A stretch of 64,000 nt of DNA from Carpediemonas membranifera BICM (Eukaryota; Protista; Fornicata): the NCBI GenBank assembly GCA_019828565.1, contig JAHDYR010000029.1:1-64000 (forward strand), given 5' to 3'. Made by a program: the position numbers and the translations under genes. This document shows positions 24,870-35,529 of the stretch, one piece after another (position 1 is the first letter of the stretch; every line of letters begins with the position of its first letter). The notes below the pieces were generated by a model. That model saw only the letters and a program-made list of their open reading frames with translations. It was not told the DNA's origin and did not search any database.

Positions 24870-26112
24870 GTCCAATCAGAGCTAGCGGGGGAGCCATGAA
24901 GACCCTCACGGTTGACCCAAGCCTGGGCTGTGGAGTTGTCCGTAAAGACTGTGAGCACCCTGCGCTCCTTGAAGCTTGGAAGGGATTCGACGGCACGGAC
25001 CACGGCATACAGCTCTCGAACGTTGATGGACTCCGTCGCAATGTTGGCTGGGAATGTGCCCTGAATGGAAGAGTCGCTTGTGCCGGGGTTGAAGATGACT
25101 GCTCCCCAGCCCTCGTCCGAGGCATCCGAGGTCACGCACAGGTCGAGATCCCACGAGGGAAAGAGATCTGCGAACGGTCTTGTTGGGCATGAGAGTAAGA
25201 GGGCTTCCCACTGTTCGTGCTCGGCTCTGTCTGCCGGTTGAAGGACTAGCTCGGATGATGGACGGAGTGCTTGTAGCCGACGCAGCTTGTGGACGAGCCT
25301 CGACGTGTAGGCGAAGAAGCCCAGGCGGCCTATCACTGACGCCCAGTCCTGTGCCGTGATCTTGTTGGAGGATAAAGCGGCCCTGATGGTGTTGCGGTAC
25401 TTCTCTGCTTTGTCCTTGGGAAGGCTGACGGTCATGGAGCGTGTGTCGAGCAGAACTCCCAGGTACTGGATGAGCTGGACGGGCTCGAGCTCGCTCTTTC
25501 GACGTTCACGATGATGCCGAGAAGCTGAAGGGTCCTGAGCACCTCTGGCCCTATCGATCGGAGGTAGGCTTGATCTGCATGGGCCAGCAGGAAGTCGTCT
25601 AGATACACACTCACCTTGACCTTGAAGCGCAACGCTAGGATCCTCGCGGCTTGTACCATCACCAGCTGGAAGAAATATGGAGCCGCTGTCCACCCGAACG
25701 ACAGGCCTGTATAGTGATAAGCCTGGCCGTTGGGAAGAACCACTCCCAAGAGCGGAGCGTCTTGGGGCTTCACGCCTAGCTGATGATAGCCGTCCGAGAG
25801 GTCTATCTTTGCCAAATAGTCGCCCTGAGCGAGAATGCCCACCGCTCGTCGTACGCCGAATAAGCGAAAGACCCGACGCTCCTTGGTGATGGCGTTGAGG
25901 CGCCGCAAGTCGTGGATGACACGGATGTCGGTCTCGCCCTTGGCTACAGAGAAGAGGGGGGCGCTGTGACGGAGCTTGCGCATGGATGACTTGATGAGAG
26001 CCCCCGAGGCGAGCTGGTCCTTGAGCTTGTCCAGGATCTTGCGGTCGATGCTGGCCTGAGGTGATGGGGGTGAGGGCAGGCGTTTGAGCTATATGGGAAC
26101 TCCCTCGCGTAC
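24870..26112 (-). mobile_element. DIRS/PAT-like retrotransposon 3 (RT and RNase H fragment)
   Basis: VIHDLRRLN, IDLSDGYHQ, YLDDFL, TSDASDEGWG, INVREL, FTDNST. Confidence 0.88.
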
Positions 26113-28782
26113 CTGTGATTGCTCGCTGGAAGACCGAAGGGGAATGAACAGTGCGGCAAGGCGGAAGGTCCCGTCCTGCTGTAGAGGCGTGAGCAGCGAG
26201 AAGTCGGCAGTTTCCGTCCTCCTTACTCGAAAGAACAGTCTGTGCGGCGAGAGGGCTCTCAGTGCCATCGCCGTTGGAGACCTTGCGTCCGAGATGAGAA
26301 GTGCCACTGCAAATCTGCACTTCTTCGGCGAGGCCCCCGGGTCCAGGTCCAGGCTCTGAAGCTTCGCCGGGACCTGTGGGAGAAGGCTGAACGGCACCGC
26401 AGCGAACCATCTGGCCTGCGACCAGTCGCGCTGTATCATCTCCTCTGGAGTCCATCGGGGTTGTGCACCGAACAGCTCGAGGGGCCATGCGTCCTTCTGC
26501 ATCGGGCCCCATGCCTCCACTATGCGCCTGATGATCGACTCGGAGGGAAGGAGCCCCCTGCTGTCCCTGGAGAGTGAGTCGGCGATCACGTTGAGATGGC
26601 CGGCCGAGTGGATAGCGCGCACCGAGATATGCCGCTCGGATAACTGAGGCAGTAACACGCGAAGGATCCGGTCTACCACCGCCGGAGCCCTGGTGGAGCC
26701 CTGCCGGTTGAGCCAGGAGACCGCGGCCACGTTGTCCGAAAAAATTGTGAGTTCGCATGAGCCGGGCAGGTCCATCGCTAGGACGCGGCGGATGGCCTCC
26801 TGGATAGCCCGAAACTCCAGAAGCGTGATGTGCTCCCCGGCAGGTGCCTCCATGGAGAAGTGTGTCGTCTTTTGGCCCGGGATCGAGATGATTCCCCCGA
26901 GGCCGAACATTGACGCGTCTGTCATCACTGAGGCCTCGATCTGCGGCGAGAGACCCCAAATGTGGAGCAATTCTGCGAAGCTCCTGGCCGGCGACGGCGC
27001 GCTCAGGCGTTTGCGCCACTCCTCGAGAGCCTGACGGGCCTCTCCGTGAAAGAGGACTCTGTAGCTGGTCGCGGTCCCTCGGAGCATGCGCTGTAGCGGG
27101 CGCAACATGGCCACACCGTCCGGCCAGATGATCGACGCGTAGGAGAGGTTGCCGATAAGACGCTGCAGTTTGTGGAATGTCGAGCCCCGCAGCAATGCTT
27201 CCTCGACACGGAGACGGTACCTTGCCCGCTTCTCCTCGGCCAGGCGCAGGCCCCTGAGCCTCGCATCGATTACAAAGCCGAGAAACGTCGTGATCGAGAC
27301 CGGAGTCAGTTGCGACTTTTTGTGGTTGATCACGAACCCCATTTCGCCCAGGAGACGCGTTATCTGAGGCATCGCGGTCCTGAGCAGGGCCCTCGGGCCC
27401 GAGAAAAGAAAGTCGTCCAGATATATCGTGAGATTGACGCCAGGGAATCTCCGTGCCACTATCTGGCCGGCGGCTAACATCGTCCGCTGGAAGTGGAAGG
27501 GCGCCGGCGCCCACCCGAACGGCAGTACGTTGTAGACGTATGGGCGACCGTCCACGATGAAGCCGAGAAGCGTGCGGTCGGACCCCCGAATGCCCAGCTG
27601 ATGATAGCCCTTCTCTAAGTCGAGGCGAGCCATGTGGTCGCCGGCCCTCAGCTGGCCCAGGGCCTGCCTGACGCCCCGAAGCCGGAACGTGCCGCTCCGT
27701 CGAAACAGCGTTCAACGACCGCAAGTCGTGGATGAGGCGCGTCTGGCTCTCGCCCTTCGGGACTGTGAACAGAGGGGAGACCAGACGGGGAGATCGGAAC
27801 GGGCTGACCGCGCCCAGAGCGAGGAGCGTCGTGAGATGCTCGCGGAACGCTCGTCTGTCGCGCTGCCGGACCGGCGGGAGCGCAGGGTGCCGGGGGGCGG
27901 CGCGGATCTCGATTGGCACCCCGTCCCTCAGCCACCCAACCACCTCGGAGGGCGCGCCCAAGGACTCCCAGAGCCTCCACTTTGCGTTGAGACTCGGAAA
28001 CTGGTGAGGCGTGCGTGGAGCTGGGGGAGGTGGTGGAGGAAGACTGACAGCCGCGGTCCGGGGTGGCGGCGACGACGGCGGGCGTGGCGGAGGAGATGGG
28101 GGAGGGGGTTGAGGAGGGGATGAAGATGTGAGGGGAGGAGGAGATGAGGTTTGAGGAGGAAGAGGGGCTAAATGATGATGATGATCTTGATGGTAGTCTA
28201 TTAAAGGCGCTTCGGGCCCTTCTTGGACTTGCCCGCGCCGTGAAAATTGGACGAGTCGGACTTCCTCTCCTTGAGGTGGGGGTTCTTGGCGAGGGTCTTC
28301 AGCACTACCTTTGCGTTAATCTCGGCTGGGCCCATCTCGGGGCTTTCAGCAAGAGCTGCTGCGCCGGCGGTGGCGACCTGCAGGGAGGGGAGGTATCCGT
28401 AACGGTCCTTCACCCAGAGCACACGGTGGCGCAAATATTTCTGCGACAGCACGGCGTAGCCTGAGCATTCGCCAAACTTGAAGGTGCGGTACAGGTTCTC
28501 GAGAAAATCTGTTTCCTCCTTCATCGTGTTGCTGGCGGGCGCTGCCAGACAACGTTGGACTCCTCACGGAGCTGCTTGATCGTCTTTTCCAGACGCTTCT
28601 GGTCCTCTTGCGTGGCAAGCTCCTGCTTGAGCTGCTGGACGGTGACCATGAGCTCCTGAATCGAAGCTGTGGCGTTCTGAAGCTGTTCCTCTTGATTGGC
28701 GTTCATCTGCATAGTATTCTTGCCTTTCTTCGAACTGGCCAGGATTGATCTGACTCTGATTCGACCTAAGAGCCAGCATCAA
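26113..28782 (-). mobile_element. DIRS/PAT-like retrotransposon 4 (gag, RT, RNase H, degenerate MT), no YR
   Basis: LDLEKGYHQ, YLDDFL, MTDASMFG, SDNVAA, NVIADSLSR; gag-like ORFs 28201-28712. Confidence 0.88.
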
Positions 28783-29187
28783 TAAGACCTTGACCGCTCA
28801 GCCGAAGATCGTCCGGTGCCTCCGCTCACCTTCACGACCATTTGGTCGACGATAATCGACTATTCCAAATTGATCTAATCAAATATATATTCCGTTTGGC
28901 GGCCTTGGCCCGTCATCCGTGTCGCCTTCGGCCATCCTCACGGTTTCTGCTGGAGGGATACGATCTGCTCGCGATCGGGACGGATCAAGACCGTATCCAC
29001 AATCATATCTTTCGAGATTTTCTAAATATTTTGGCCATCTTTCTCGTGTCCCCGGAATCCTGTTCTGACACACCCTGACCCAGCAGTGTCAGGGCGACAT
29101 CCATTTCTCTAACTCTTGCCTGATTCTTTTCCCCTCGTTCCGTTTCATCTCCCTTTATCGCTACAATGCTCTCTTATGTCCTATATT

Positions 29188-32100
29188 CTATGTTCTTCTC
29201 TGCAGAGCATGCTGTGAGATTCGAATGGCCTCTTCACAGTATCTATTCACCGAATCGATCGACTTCCAGCCTCCTAGTGCCTGAATAACCAATGGGGAAC
29301 GCCCTTCCTCGATCATGTGAACGACGGCTCCACGTCTGAAGCTGTGTCCTGTTGCCTTGAAGACCTCGTTGACGTCCATGATCATCTCCCATCTGCGCCA
29401 CCTTGTTGCTGTCAGTGGAAGGCAGTTGTCTCTCAGCAGGCTCTCGGTGTGCTGTATGGATCTCCACAGGGGTCCTTCCGTCTGAATGTCGTTGAGGTGT
29501 GCTCTCAGCCACTTGGCTGGGCTTAAGCCTCCTGCTGCTAGTAGTGGGATCAGCTTCACCATGGGCTCATCCCTGGTCTTGGATCTTCGAATAGTGATCT
29601 CGTAGCCCTCTCTCACCCGCCGAACGTCGGTCGTGAGTAAGCTCATTATCTCCCCTGATCTGCTGACGGTGGAGAAGCACGTCAGTCCGAAGGCTACTGC
29701 CTGCGTGAGCGCCGGTGACTTGGTCTTGCGCGCCGCGGCTGCTGCTCTCTTCAGCTGCTCGACTGTCACCGGGTATGCCTTTCCAGTCTTACGACCCACA
29801 GTGAGCTCGCATTTGCCGGCCATTCTTGCACACGCGCGTATAAGAGCCCTGTGGATGGGTGAGCTCTCCAGACCATGGTTGATCGACTCTAGGCCAGTCC
29901 TGATATTTGCTTCCTTGACGAGGAATGTGTCCTTGGCAATGAAAGGGATCTCTTGTATCATGTAGTGTAGGAGGTAGTCGTCATCAGGCGCCATCTGTGC
30001 GATCTCTTCGACTTCTGCTCTCCAGTCTGCGTCCCTAATGCGTTGTGCCATCTCGCCCAGGAAAACGGCTGTTTCTGCCCTTGCTCCTACCGTGTCTCTG
30101 TTCTCTCCAGCTTCCTCCTCTTCCTCCATCATACGTTCTGCAAAACTGATGTACTTTGCCGTCTCCACGGCTATGCGCTCTCGGGTGCTCCGTTCCCGGT
30201 CCCTGATGAGTGCTGCTCCGAGTATCTGATCTCTGAGGCCTGTCTCGAACTCTCTGGGGCTTCTTCGCCACCTGTGCTCCTCCTGTCTTCCGCTGGCGAT
30301 ACGTTCTCTCGCTCTCTGTTGCAGGACTCCCCCGGCTGTGAGGACGAGGTCTCTGTGGCGATCGGGATCCAGTAGGCTATGAACGTCGCTCTCTGCTTGC
30401 CTGTGAAGAGGCTCCCTATCTCCGTGTGGGCCCACCAGCTGGTCGGGAACGCTGCCTCGAACCAGTCCTGTGCTATGGCTGCCAGTCTGGCGTTGGAGTT
30501 CGTCCTGCGTTGTGGTGCGATGACTAATAGGCCTCTCTGCTGCAGTGCGGGGTGCGTCTCGTCTGACGTGGCGATCTCCTCCGCCCTGGCGATGACCTTG
30601 TCCAGTAGGCTGACTGGTGGGACCGCCAATGACCTCATCTCTGACCAATTGCATGTAAATGCGTCCGTCTGGAAGTCGTGGTCCTCCGGCAGGAATCTCT
30701 CCGCGCAGAAGAGTGATCGGTCTACTGACCCCCATCGTTCCAGCGCGCTCTGGAGCATCGCCGCGGGTGAGTTCCAGTCCAGCTTCCGGTACCTGGACAG
30801 CCCGTCGGCAGTCGTGTTGTATCTCCCTGGAATGTGCTTGGTTCTTATCCTGCAGCCAATCTCGAACAAGTAGTCGTGAAGCTTCACAATCGTCCTTCTG
30901 ATGTGTCGGGGAGCTCTGGTGCTTGACTTCAGGACCCATGAAAGCGCTGATGTGTTGTCCCCGGCTTGGAGTAGGTCCCTCTCCTGAATGTCGCTCGTCC
31001 ATCTCCGCAGGCCTTCCTCCATTGCCAATAGCTCCTTCGCGTTGATGCTCTTGGAGCATTGTGCCTCTGAGAACCTGCCCTGGATGTTGAGGGACGTGTC
31101 TTCGACAAACAGCGTCGCGCCGAACGCATAGTCCGACGCGTCGGTCTCCATACGAAGTACCTGGCCTCTTGGGCCGAAGTACCATGCCGGATCGGATGAT
31201 AGCTGTCTGGCCCACCACCGCAGGTCCGTTCGTAGGTCCTGGGGCAGGCTGGACTTTGGGTACCGCACTCGGTCGTCGCAGCCAGCGATCCTGACCTGCA
31301 GCTCTCTGAGCCGGACAAGTGCCCGCGTCCCTAGTGCGAACCGGCAGAAGAGTAGCTTTCCGTGGAGGGTCTGAAGGTCCCGCTTTGTGTGTCTCTTGAG
31401 TTGCAGGTTGGCTATGAGACTGCTGTACTGAGCCCTCTTCTCCTCTGGCAGCGACATCGTCATCTCGCGCAAGTCGACTATCACGCCCAAGTAAGTTACC
31501 CTCTGGGACGGGGTCAAGTGGCACTTCTCTCTCGATAGGACGACTCCAAGTGAGTCCAAGATCTCTAAGATCCGTGGGACCTGGGCGCTCAACGACTCTC
31601 TCGAGCGACTGATTATGAGCAGATCGTCCAGGTACACGTATATTATCAGTCCTTCGAGAAGTGAGCGCAAGATCTTCGCCATCTGTGACGTAACCGACTG
31701 AAACTGCCGTGGCGCCGTTGAGAGGCCGAAAGGGAGTCCTCTCCATCTGTATTGTTCTCCCTCGAACGAGAATCCGAGTTCCTGTCGTGAGTTCTCCTCC
31801 ACTAGGAGCTGGTAGTACCCGGACTTCATGTCCAATGTTATTCCCCACGAGTTTCTCGGAACGCCATGCTGTATCTCTGCTAGGCCCCTCAGCCTGAATG
31901 TTAGGTCCTCTTGGTATGCATTGACCGGTCTCAGGTCGTGTATCAGACGGTAGCTGCCTGCGATCTTCTTCTCTAATGTAAACAGGGGGCATATTGTCGT
32001 CGCCTCGCCCTTCTCTATTGCTTTCTGTTGCAGTAGCTCCTCTAGTAGAGCCTTCATCGTGTCTGTCTCCTTCTGGAGGTGCGCATTGAGCGCCGGTGCT

Positions 32101-33012
32101 GCCGGGGTGACCTTCACTCCCTCTCGTAACAGTTGCACCACCTCCCTGCTGGCCCCGAGGGCCTCCCACCTCATCCACCGACGGCTCATCGAGCCCGTCA
32201 GCCCCTGTATACACTGGGTGGAGGTGTCTTGCTGATCTTCTTGTGCTTCTTCTCTTTCCATTGCAAACAAACTCTTCGAAGTATATCGAGCCTTTTATAG
32301 TCATCGGGTTCAGGCTTAACCATTCTCTGGCCTCTACTGGGCCCGCCCCGGTCCGAGGTCGGTTGCCGGGGCACGACGGTTGTTGTTGTTGAAGCGGGGG
32401 AGAGTTGCGGCTGAAGCCGCCGAAGCCTCTCTGGAACCGCTTGGGTCGAGGAGGCGGTGGGGTGGCCTTGGCCGCCTTGGCGGCCAGCACTACGAAGCGT
32501 TGCGCGTCTCGTTCTTCTCTCGAAATAGCCATGAAGTAGCGCGCAGCGGTGTCGGAGTGGCTGTCATATAGCCGTAGGAACTCGAGTCTGCGCTCGAAGA
32601 CCGCCTCGATCGCGGCTTCGATCTGGTTGACGCGCATCATCTCCGGGTTGTTGAGGATACCTCTGATGTCGGCAAGTGTCTCGCGGAGGTGGTCGTACTC
32701 CTTAGCAACGGCTCCTATCCGAGACGGGCGTCTCGGGTCCCGTGTACTGTCCTTAACCGATGAAACCTCCGAACGGAGTGCCGTAATGACGTTCTGCCGC
32801 TGTTGTATGAGCTCAGCAAGGCTCTCCATGGTGACAGGCGGCGGATCAGCGTTATCCGTGTCGCCTTCGGCCATCCTCACGGTTTCTGCTGGAGGGATAC
32901 GATCTGCTCGCGATCGGGACGGATCAAGACCGTATCCACAATCATATCTTTCGAGATTTTCTAAATATTTTGGCCATCTTTCTCGTGTCCCCGGAATCCT
33001 GTTCTGACACAC
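29188..33012 (-). CDS. Gag-like N-terminus in frame with C-terminal tyrosine recombinase
   Basis: SRSGEI (R), SKT (K), HSFRRG (HxxR), LGGW, NRY (Y). Confidence 0.85.
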   Translation of the reverse strand: MCQNRIPGTRERWPKYLENLERYDCGYGLDPSRSRADRIPPAETVRMAEGDTDNADPPPVTMESLAELIQQRQNVITALRSEVSSVKDSTRDPRRPSRIGAVAKEYDHLRETLADIRGILNNPEMMRVNQIEAAIEAVFERRLEFLRLYDSHSDTAARYFMAISREERDAQRFVVLAAKAAKATPPPPRPKRFQRGFGGFSRNSPPLQQQQPSCPGNRPRTGAGPVEAREWLSLNPMTIKGSIYFEEFVCNGKRRSTRRSARHLHPVYTGADGLDEPSVDEVGGPRGQQGGGATVTRGSEGHPGSTGAQCAPPEGDRHDEGSTRGATATESNREGRGDDNMPPVYIREEDRRQLPSDTRPETGQCIPRGPNIQAEGPSRDTAWRSEKLVGNNIGHEVRVLPAPSGGELTTGTRILVRGRTIQMERTPFRPLNGATAVSVGYVTDGEDLALTSRRTDNIRVPGRSAHNQSLERVVERPGPTDLRDLGLTWSRPIEREVPLDPVPEGNLLGRDSRLARDDDVAARGEEGSVQQSHSQPATQETHKAGPSDPPRKATLLPVRTRDAGTCPAQRAAGQDRWLRRPSAVPKVQPAPGPTNGPAVVGQTAIIRSGMVLRPKRPGTSYGDRRVGLCVRRDAVCRRHVPQHPGQVLRGTMLQEHQREGAIGNGGRPAEMDERHSGEGPTPSRGQHISAFMGPEVKHQSSPTHQKDDCEASRLLVRDWLQDKNQAHSREIQHDCRRAVQVPEAGLELTRGDAPERAGTMGVSRPITLLRGEIPAGGPRLPDGRIYMQLVRDEVIGGPTSQPTGQGHRQGGGDRHVRRDAPRTAAERPISHRTTTQDELQRQTGSHSTGLVRGSVPDQLVGPHGDREPLHRQAESDVHSLLDPDRHRDLVLTAGGVLQQRARERIASGRQEEHRWRRSPREFETGLRDQILGAALIRDRERSTRERIAVETAKYISFAERMMEEEEEAGENRDTVGARAETAVFLGEMAQRIRDADWRAEVEEIAQMAPDDDYLLHYMIQEIPFIAKDTFLVKEANIRTGLESINHGLESSPIHRALIRACARMAGKCELTVGRKTGKAYPVTVEQLKRAAAAARKTKSPALTQAVAFGLTCFSTVSRSGEIMSLLTTDVRRVREGYEITIRRSKTRDEPMVKLIPLLAAGGLSPAKWLRAHLNDIQTEGPLWRSIQHTESLLRDNCLPLTATRWRRWEMIMDVNEVFKATGHSFRRGAVVHMIEEGRSPLVIQALGGWKSIDSVNRYCEEAIRISQHALQRRT
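30171..32270 (-). CDS. pol: RT-RNase H-methyltransferase-like ORF of element 5
   Basis: LDMKSGYYQ, YLDDLL, ETDASD, ADGLSR, then DAFTCNW..AVPPVSLLDKVI..LVIAP (DIRS MT-like). Confidence 0.92.
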   Translation of the reverse strand: MFAMEREEAQEDQQDTSTQCIQGLTGSMSRRWMRWEALGASREVVQLLREGVKVTPAAPALNAHLQKETDTMKALLEELLQQKAIEKGEATTICPLFTLEKKIAGSYRLIHDLRPVNAYQEDLTFRLRGLAEIQHGVPRNSWGITLDMKSGYYQLLVEENSRQELGFSFEGEQYRWRGLPFGLSTAPRQFQSVTSQMAKILRSLLEGLIIYVYLDDLLIISRSRESLSAQVPRILEILDSLGVVLSREKCHLTPSQRVTYLGVIVDLREMTMSLPEEKRAQYSSLIANLQLKRHTKRDLQTLHGKLLFCRFALGTRALVRLRELQVRIAGCDDRVRYPKSSLPQDLRTDLRWWARQLSSDPAWYFGPRGQVLRMETDASDYAFGATLFVEDTSLNIQGRFSEAQCSKSINAKELLAMEEGLRRWTSDIQERDLLQAGDNTSALSWVLKSSTRAPRHIRRTIVKLHDYLFEIGCRIRTKHIPGRYNTTADGLSRYRKLDWNSPAAMLQSALERWGSVDRSLFCAERFLPEDHDFQTDAFTCNWSEMRSLAVPPVSLLDKVIARAEEIATSDETHPALQQRGLLVIAPQRRTNSNARLAAIAQDWFEAAFPTSWWAHTEIGSLFTGKQRATFIAYWIPIATETSSSQPGESCNRERENVSPAEDRRSTGGEEAPESSRQASEIRYSEQHSSGTGNGAPESA

Positions 33013-33133
33013 CCTGACCCAGCAGTGTCAGGGCGTGAGCCACGCCCGAGGCGTGATAGCTTACATATCGATGATATGCGTCTGACTAGGCAGACACTCA
33101 CATTCACTTATGAATTCTCCTGGGGGCGGAACA

Positions 33134-34241
33134 TTATAGGCAATGGCGCTTGATAATCTTCGCTACGGTAATCATGATCTTCTGGAAGTAGAATGGCGCC
33201 GCGGACCATCCGAATGGGAGGACTGTGAACTGATAGTGGACGCCGCGGTGAATAAAGCCTAGGAGGGACTGCGATGATGGGTGAATGGACACGTGGTGGT
33301 AGCCTGCATGGAGATCTAGCGACATCATCATGTCTCCTGGCGCAAGGCTTAAAACTGCTCTCTTGGCACCGAACAAGCGGAACGTACGGCGCTCTTTGGA
33401 GACCTTGTTGAGCGGTATGAGGTTGTGGACTGCTCTCCATTTGTCTGTACCCTTCGGGACTGGAAAGAGAGGACATGTGAGCTTCGGTGGTGATGAGACG
33501 CGGTGTATGGCACCCGATGAGAGCATTTCGCGCACCAGCGGATCGAGCTTGGCTAAGTCCTTCTCTGGGAGATGGAATATTCGAGGATTGCTCGGTTGTT
33601 GTGTCAGTTCGATGGGTATGCCGTCGCCAACCCAAGAGACCACGTCGGATGGCGCTCCCAAGCGCCGCCACGTGGCCACTGAGTGGCGGAGAGAACCCGC
33701 TCGACGGGTTGTGGGGAGTGGTGGTTCGGTTGATTGATGGTCTTGCACAATTAGTTTTTTCTGGGGCGCTTATCGCTCTTGGGGGCGACTCTGGCACTGG
33801 AGCGGGCCTCTGCGATGAGGACGGTGAGGCTCTCGGAATCACGGATCCTGGAACGTCGGGCTCTGACGTAGTCCTTGACTGCGTCGGCGTAGTGAAAGCC
33901 ATTGATGTCCTTAATGAGGAGAAGCTCATGACGGAGCATTAGCTGAAGCTTGATCGTCTCGGTTGTCCAGCTCGGGTGGAGGAAGATGTCCCTGTAGAGC
34001 ATCTGCAGCCATTCGGACTCGTTACGCATGGTGAGTCCGGGTGGCGCCACTCCAGCGACATTAAATCTCGAAGCGTCAATAACTCGCCTGTTAGTTCGTT
34101 GATGCGCTTCTGCGGATCTGGGATCTTCTCTGCTTCAGGCGTGCGGTCCCCGGTGTTGTTCTCGGTTTCTTCAGCCATCTGGCCGTAATTGATTCGATCC
34201 CGATTCGTTCGGCTCGAATAAATCGAATCAGGCAGATCCAT
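33134..34241 (-). mobile_element. DIRS/PAT-like retrotransposon 6 (gag, 5' RT), 3'-truncated
   Basis: WVGDGIPIE, LDLHAGYHH, LPFGWSAAP; gag-like ORFs 33751-34241. Confidence 0.85.
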
Positions 34242-34283
34242 CGCCCATGCTCCATTATCTCACGCCGGAGCTGACGTCTCAAC

Positions 34284-34357
34284 GATTCTTTGGTCTAGTC
34301 GGTTATGACGCCTGTTTGACAGACAGGAGATCCCCGGTTCGAGCCCGGGAAGAATCA
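34284..34357 (+). tRNA. trnV: tRNA-Val(GAC)
   Basis: GATTCTT/AAGAATC acceptor stem, CCTGT-TTGACAG-ACAGG anticodon arm, CCCGG-TTCGAGC-CCGGG T arm. Confidence 0.9.
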
Positions 34358-34400
34358 TATCTCAACATCAAATTCTCGTCTCGAAAAAGCGAGTAAAAAT

Positions 34401-34473
34401 TGCTGCTTGCCGGGTTCGAACCAGCGACCTTATGATCTTCAGTCATACGCTCTCCCAACTGAGCTAAAGCAGC
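34401..34473 (-). tRNA. trnF: tRNA-Phe(GAA)
   Basis: Reverse complement GCTGCTTTAGCTCAGTTGGGAGAGCG TATGA CTGAAGA TCATA...GGTTCGAACC...AAGCAGCA. Confidence 0.95.
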
Positions 34474-34509
34474 CTGACGGACATCGACCCTGAGTAAGAT
34501 TCTCCTGTA

Positions 34510-34661
34510 AGGTAGGTTCCTCGCAGGAGCCGGAGCAGATGACGAGCATGTCAGTGGTCTCGGTCCAGGCGGGGCACTCGACGTTGAAGTTGTTGCAGCG
34601 GGAGCGGAGCTCGAACATGTACTCGTAGACAGAGAAGTCGAGGAGGTCGCCGGTGAGCAGG
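34510..34661 (-). pseudogene. LRR protein gene, 3' part (split by element C)
   Basis: Continues the 40796-40992 frame across the TSD: HLDCNL|LTGDLLDFSVYEYMFELRSRCNNF. Confidence 0.8.
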
Positions 34662-35529
34662 TGTGGGTTCGTGAGAACAAAGCTTTACAAAGAATAGAGC
34701 TCGACACCCATGTGTCGAGCTGGACGACTCAAGACTATTAAATAATCTATTGATGAACCAACACTTCCCTCCCATGCTCCGGTAGAGCATCAAAAAACTC
34801 AACACTATTATGAAGGGTGTGCTAGGTGCTTGGTCCGGGTGAATTGCCCAGATACAAGCTCCAGTAACCGTCGCTTCCATGGGGACTCGCCATGGAGCCG
34901 GAGTTGGCAATGGACTAAGCCCTATTGCCTGAACCGTTGTGAGCTCGGGACTTTCGAGTTCACCGGATACCCGTTGACCAGACTGGCTATAAAAACCCTG
35001 TGTCTTATGCCCGGCGTGATGTCCAGTCACGTTTCTGAGATATGCTTACCTCACTACCAAATCTAAATTACCTAATATTATCTGATCAAATCTTGCGTGG
35101 TACCACTGTATTAGCGCGCTATGTTATGGGTATCCTTACCTGGGGTCCTGCCCCTCTTGAAAGTCTTTGAAACATACCCGACGATTCTGAAAGGGTCAAA
35201 TGGCGCACTTTTAGGTGCCATCGATGTCCCCATGTCAATTCTTACCAGAGGTTGGTTACATTCCGCCTAATCTTACACGGCGTTCAAAAAAACGGGTTAA
35301 GAGGCTCCAATTCCTTCTCGTTCGCGAGATATGGCACTTTTTCGTTTTGCACCGCCGGAAACACTTTTTGGATCCCGAAAACGCGGCTATATTGAATAAC
35401 AACATCAGTTCCACCATGTAAACAACTCTATGTTCCACTTCTGAACAGCATTGTTGCGTAACCATTGCGTTTCATCGATTTCGCATTTTTTGCTTTCTGG
35501 AAAGTCGACTTTCTAGACGATCACAGCTC

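Larger units (their letters stand above)
28911..33035 (-). mobile_element. Apparently complete tyrosine-recombinase retrotransposon 5 bounded by 186 bp direct repeats
   Basis: Direct repeats 28911-29096 and 32850-33035; gag, RT-RH-MT and YR ORFs all open. Confidence 0.9.

Noticed and set aside
24794-27961. 1055 aa ORF as a single gene
   Set aside because: Chimeric frame running across two different DIRS elements and frameshifts.
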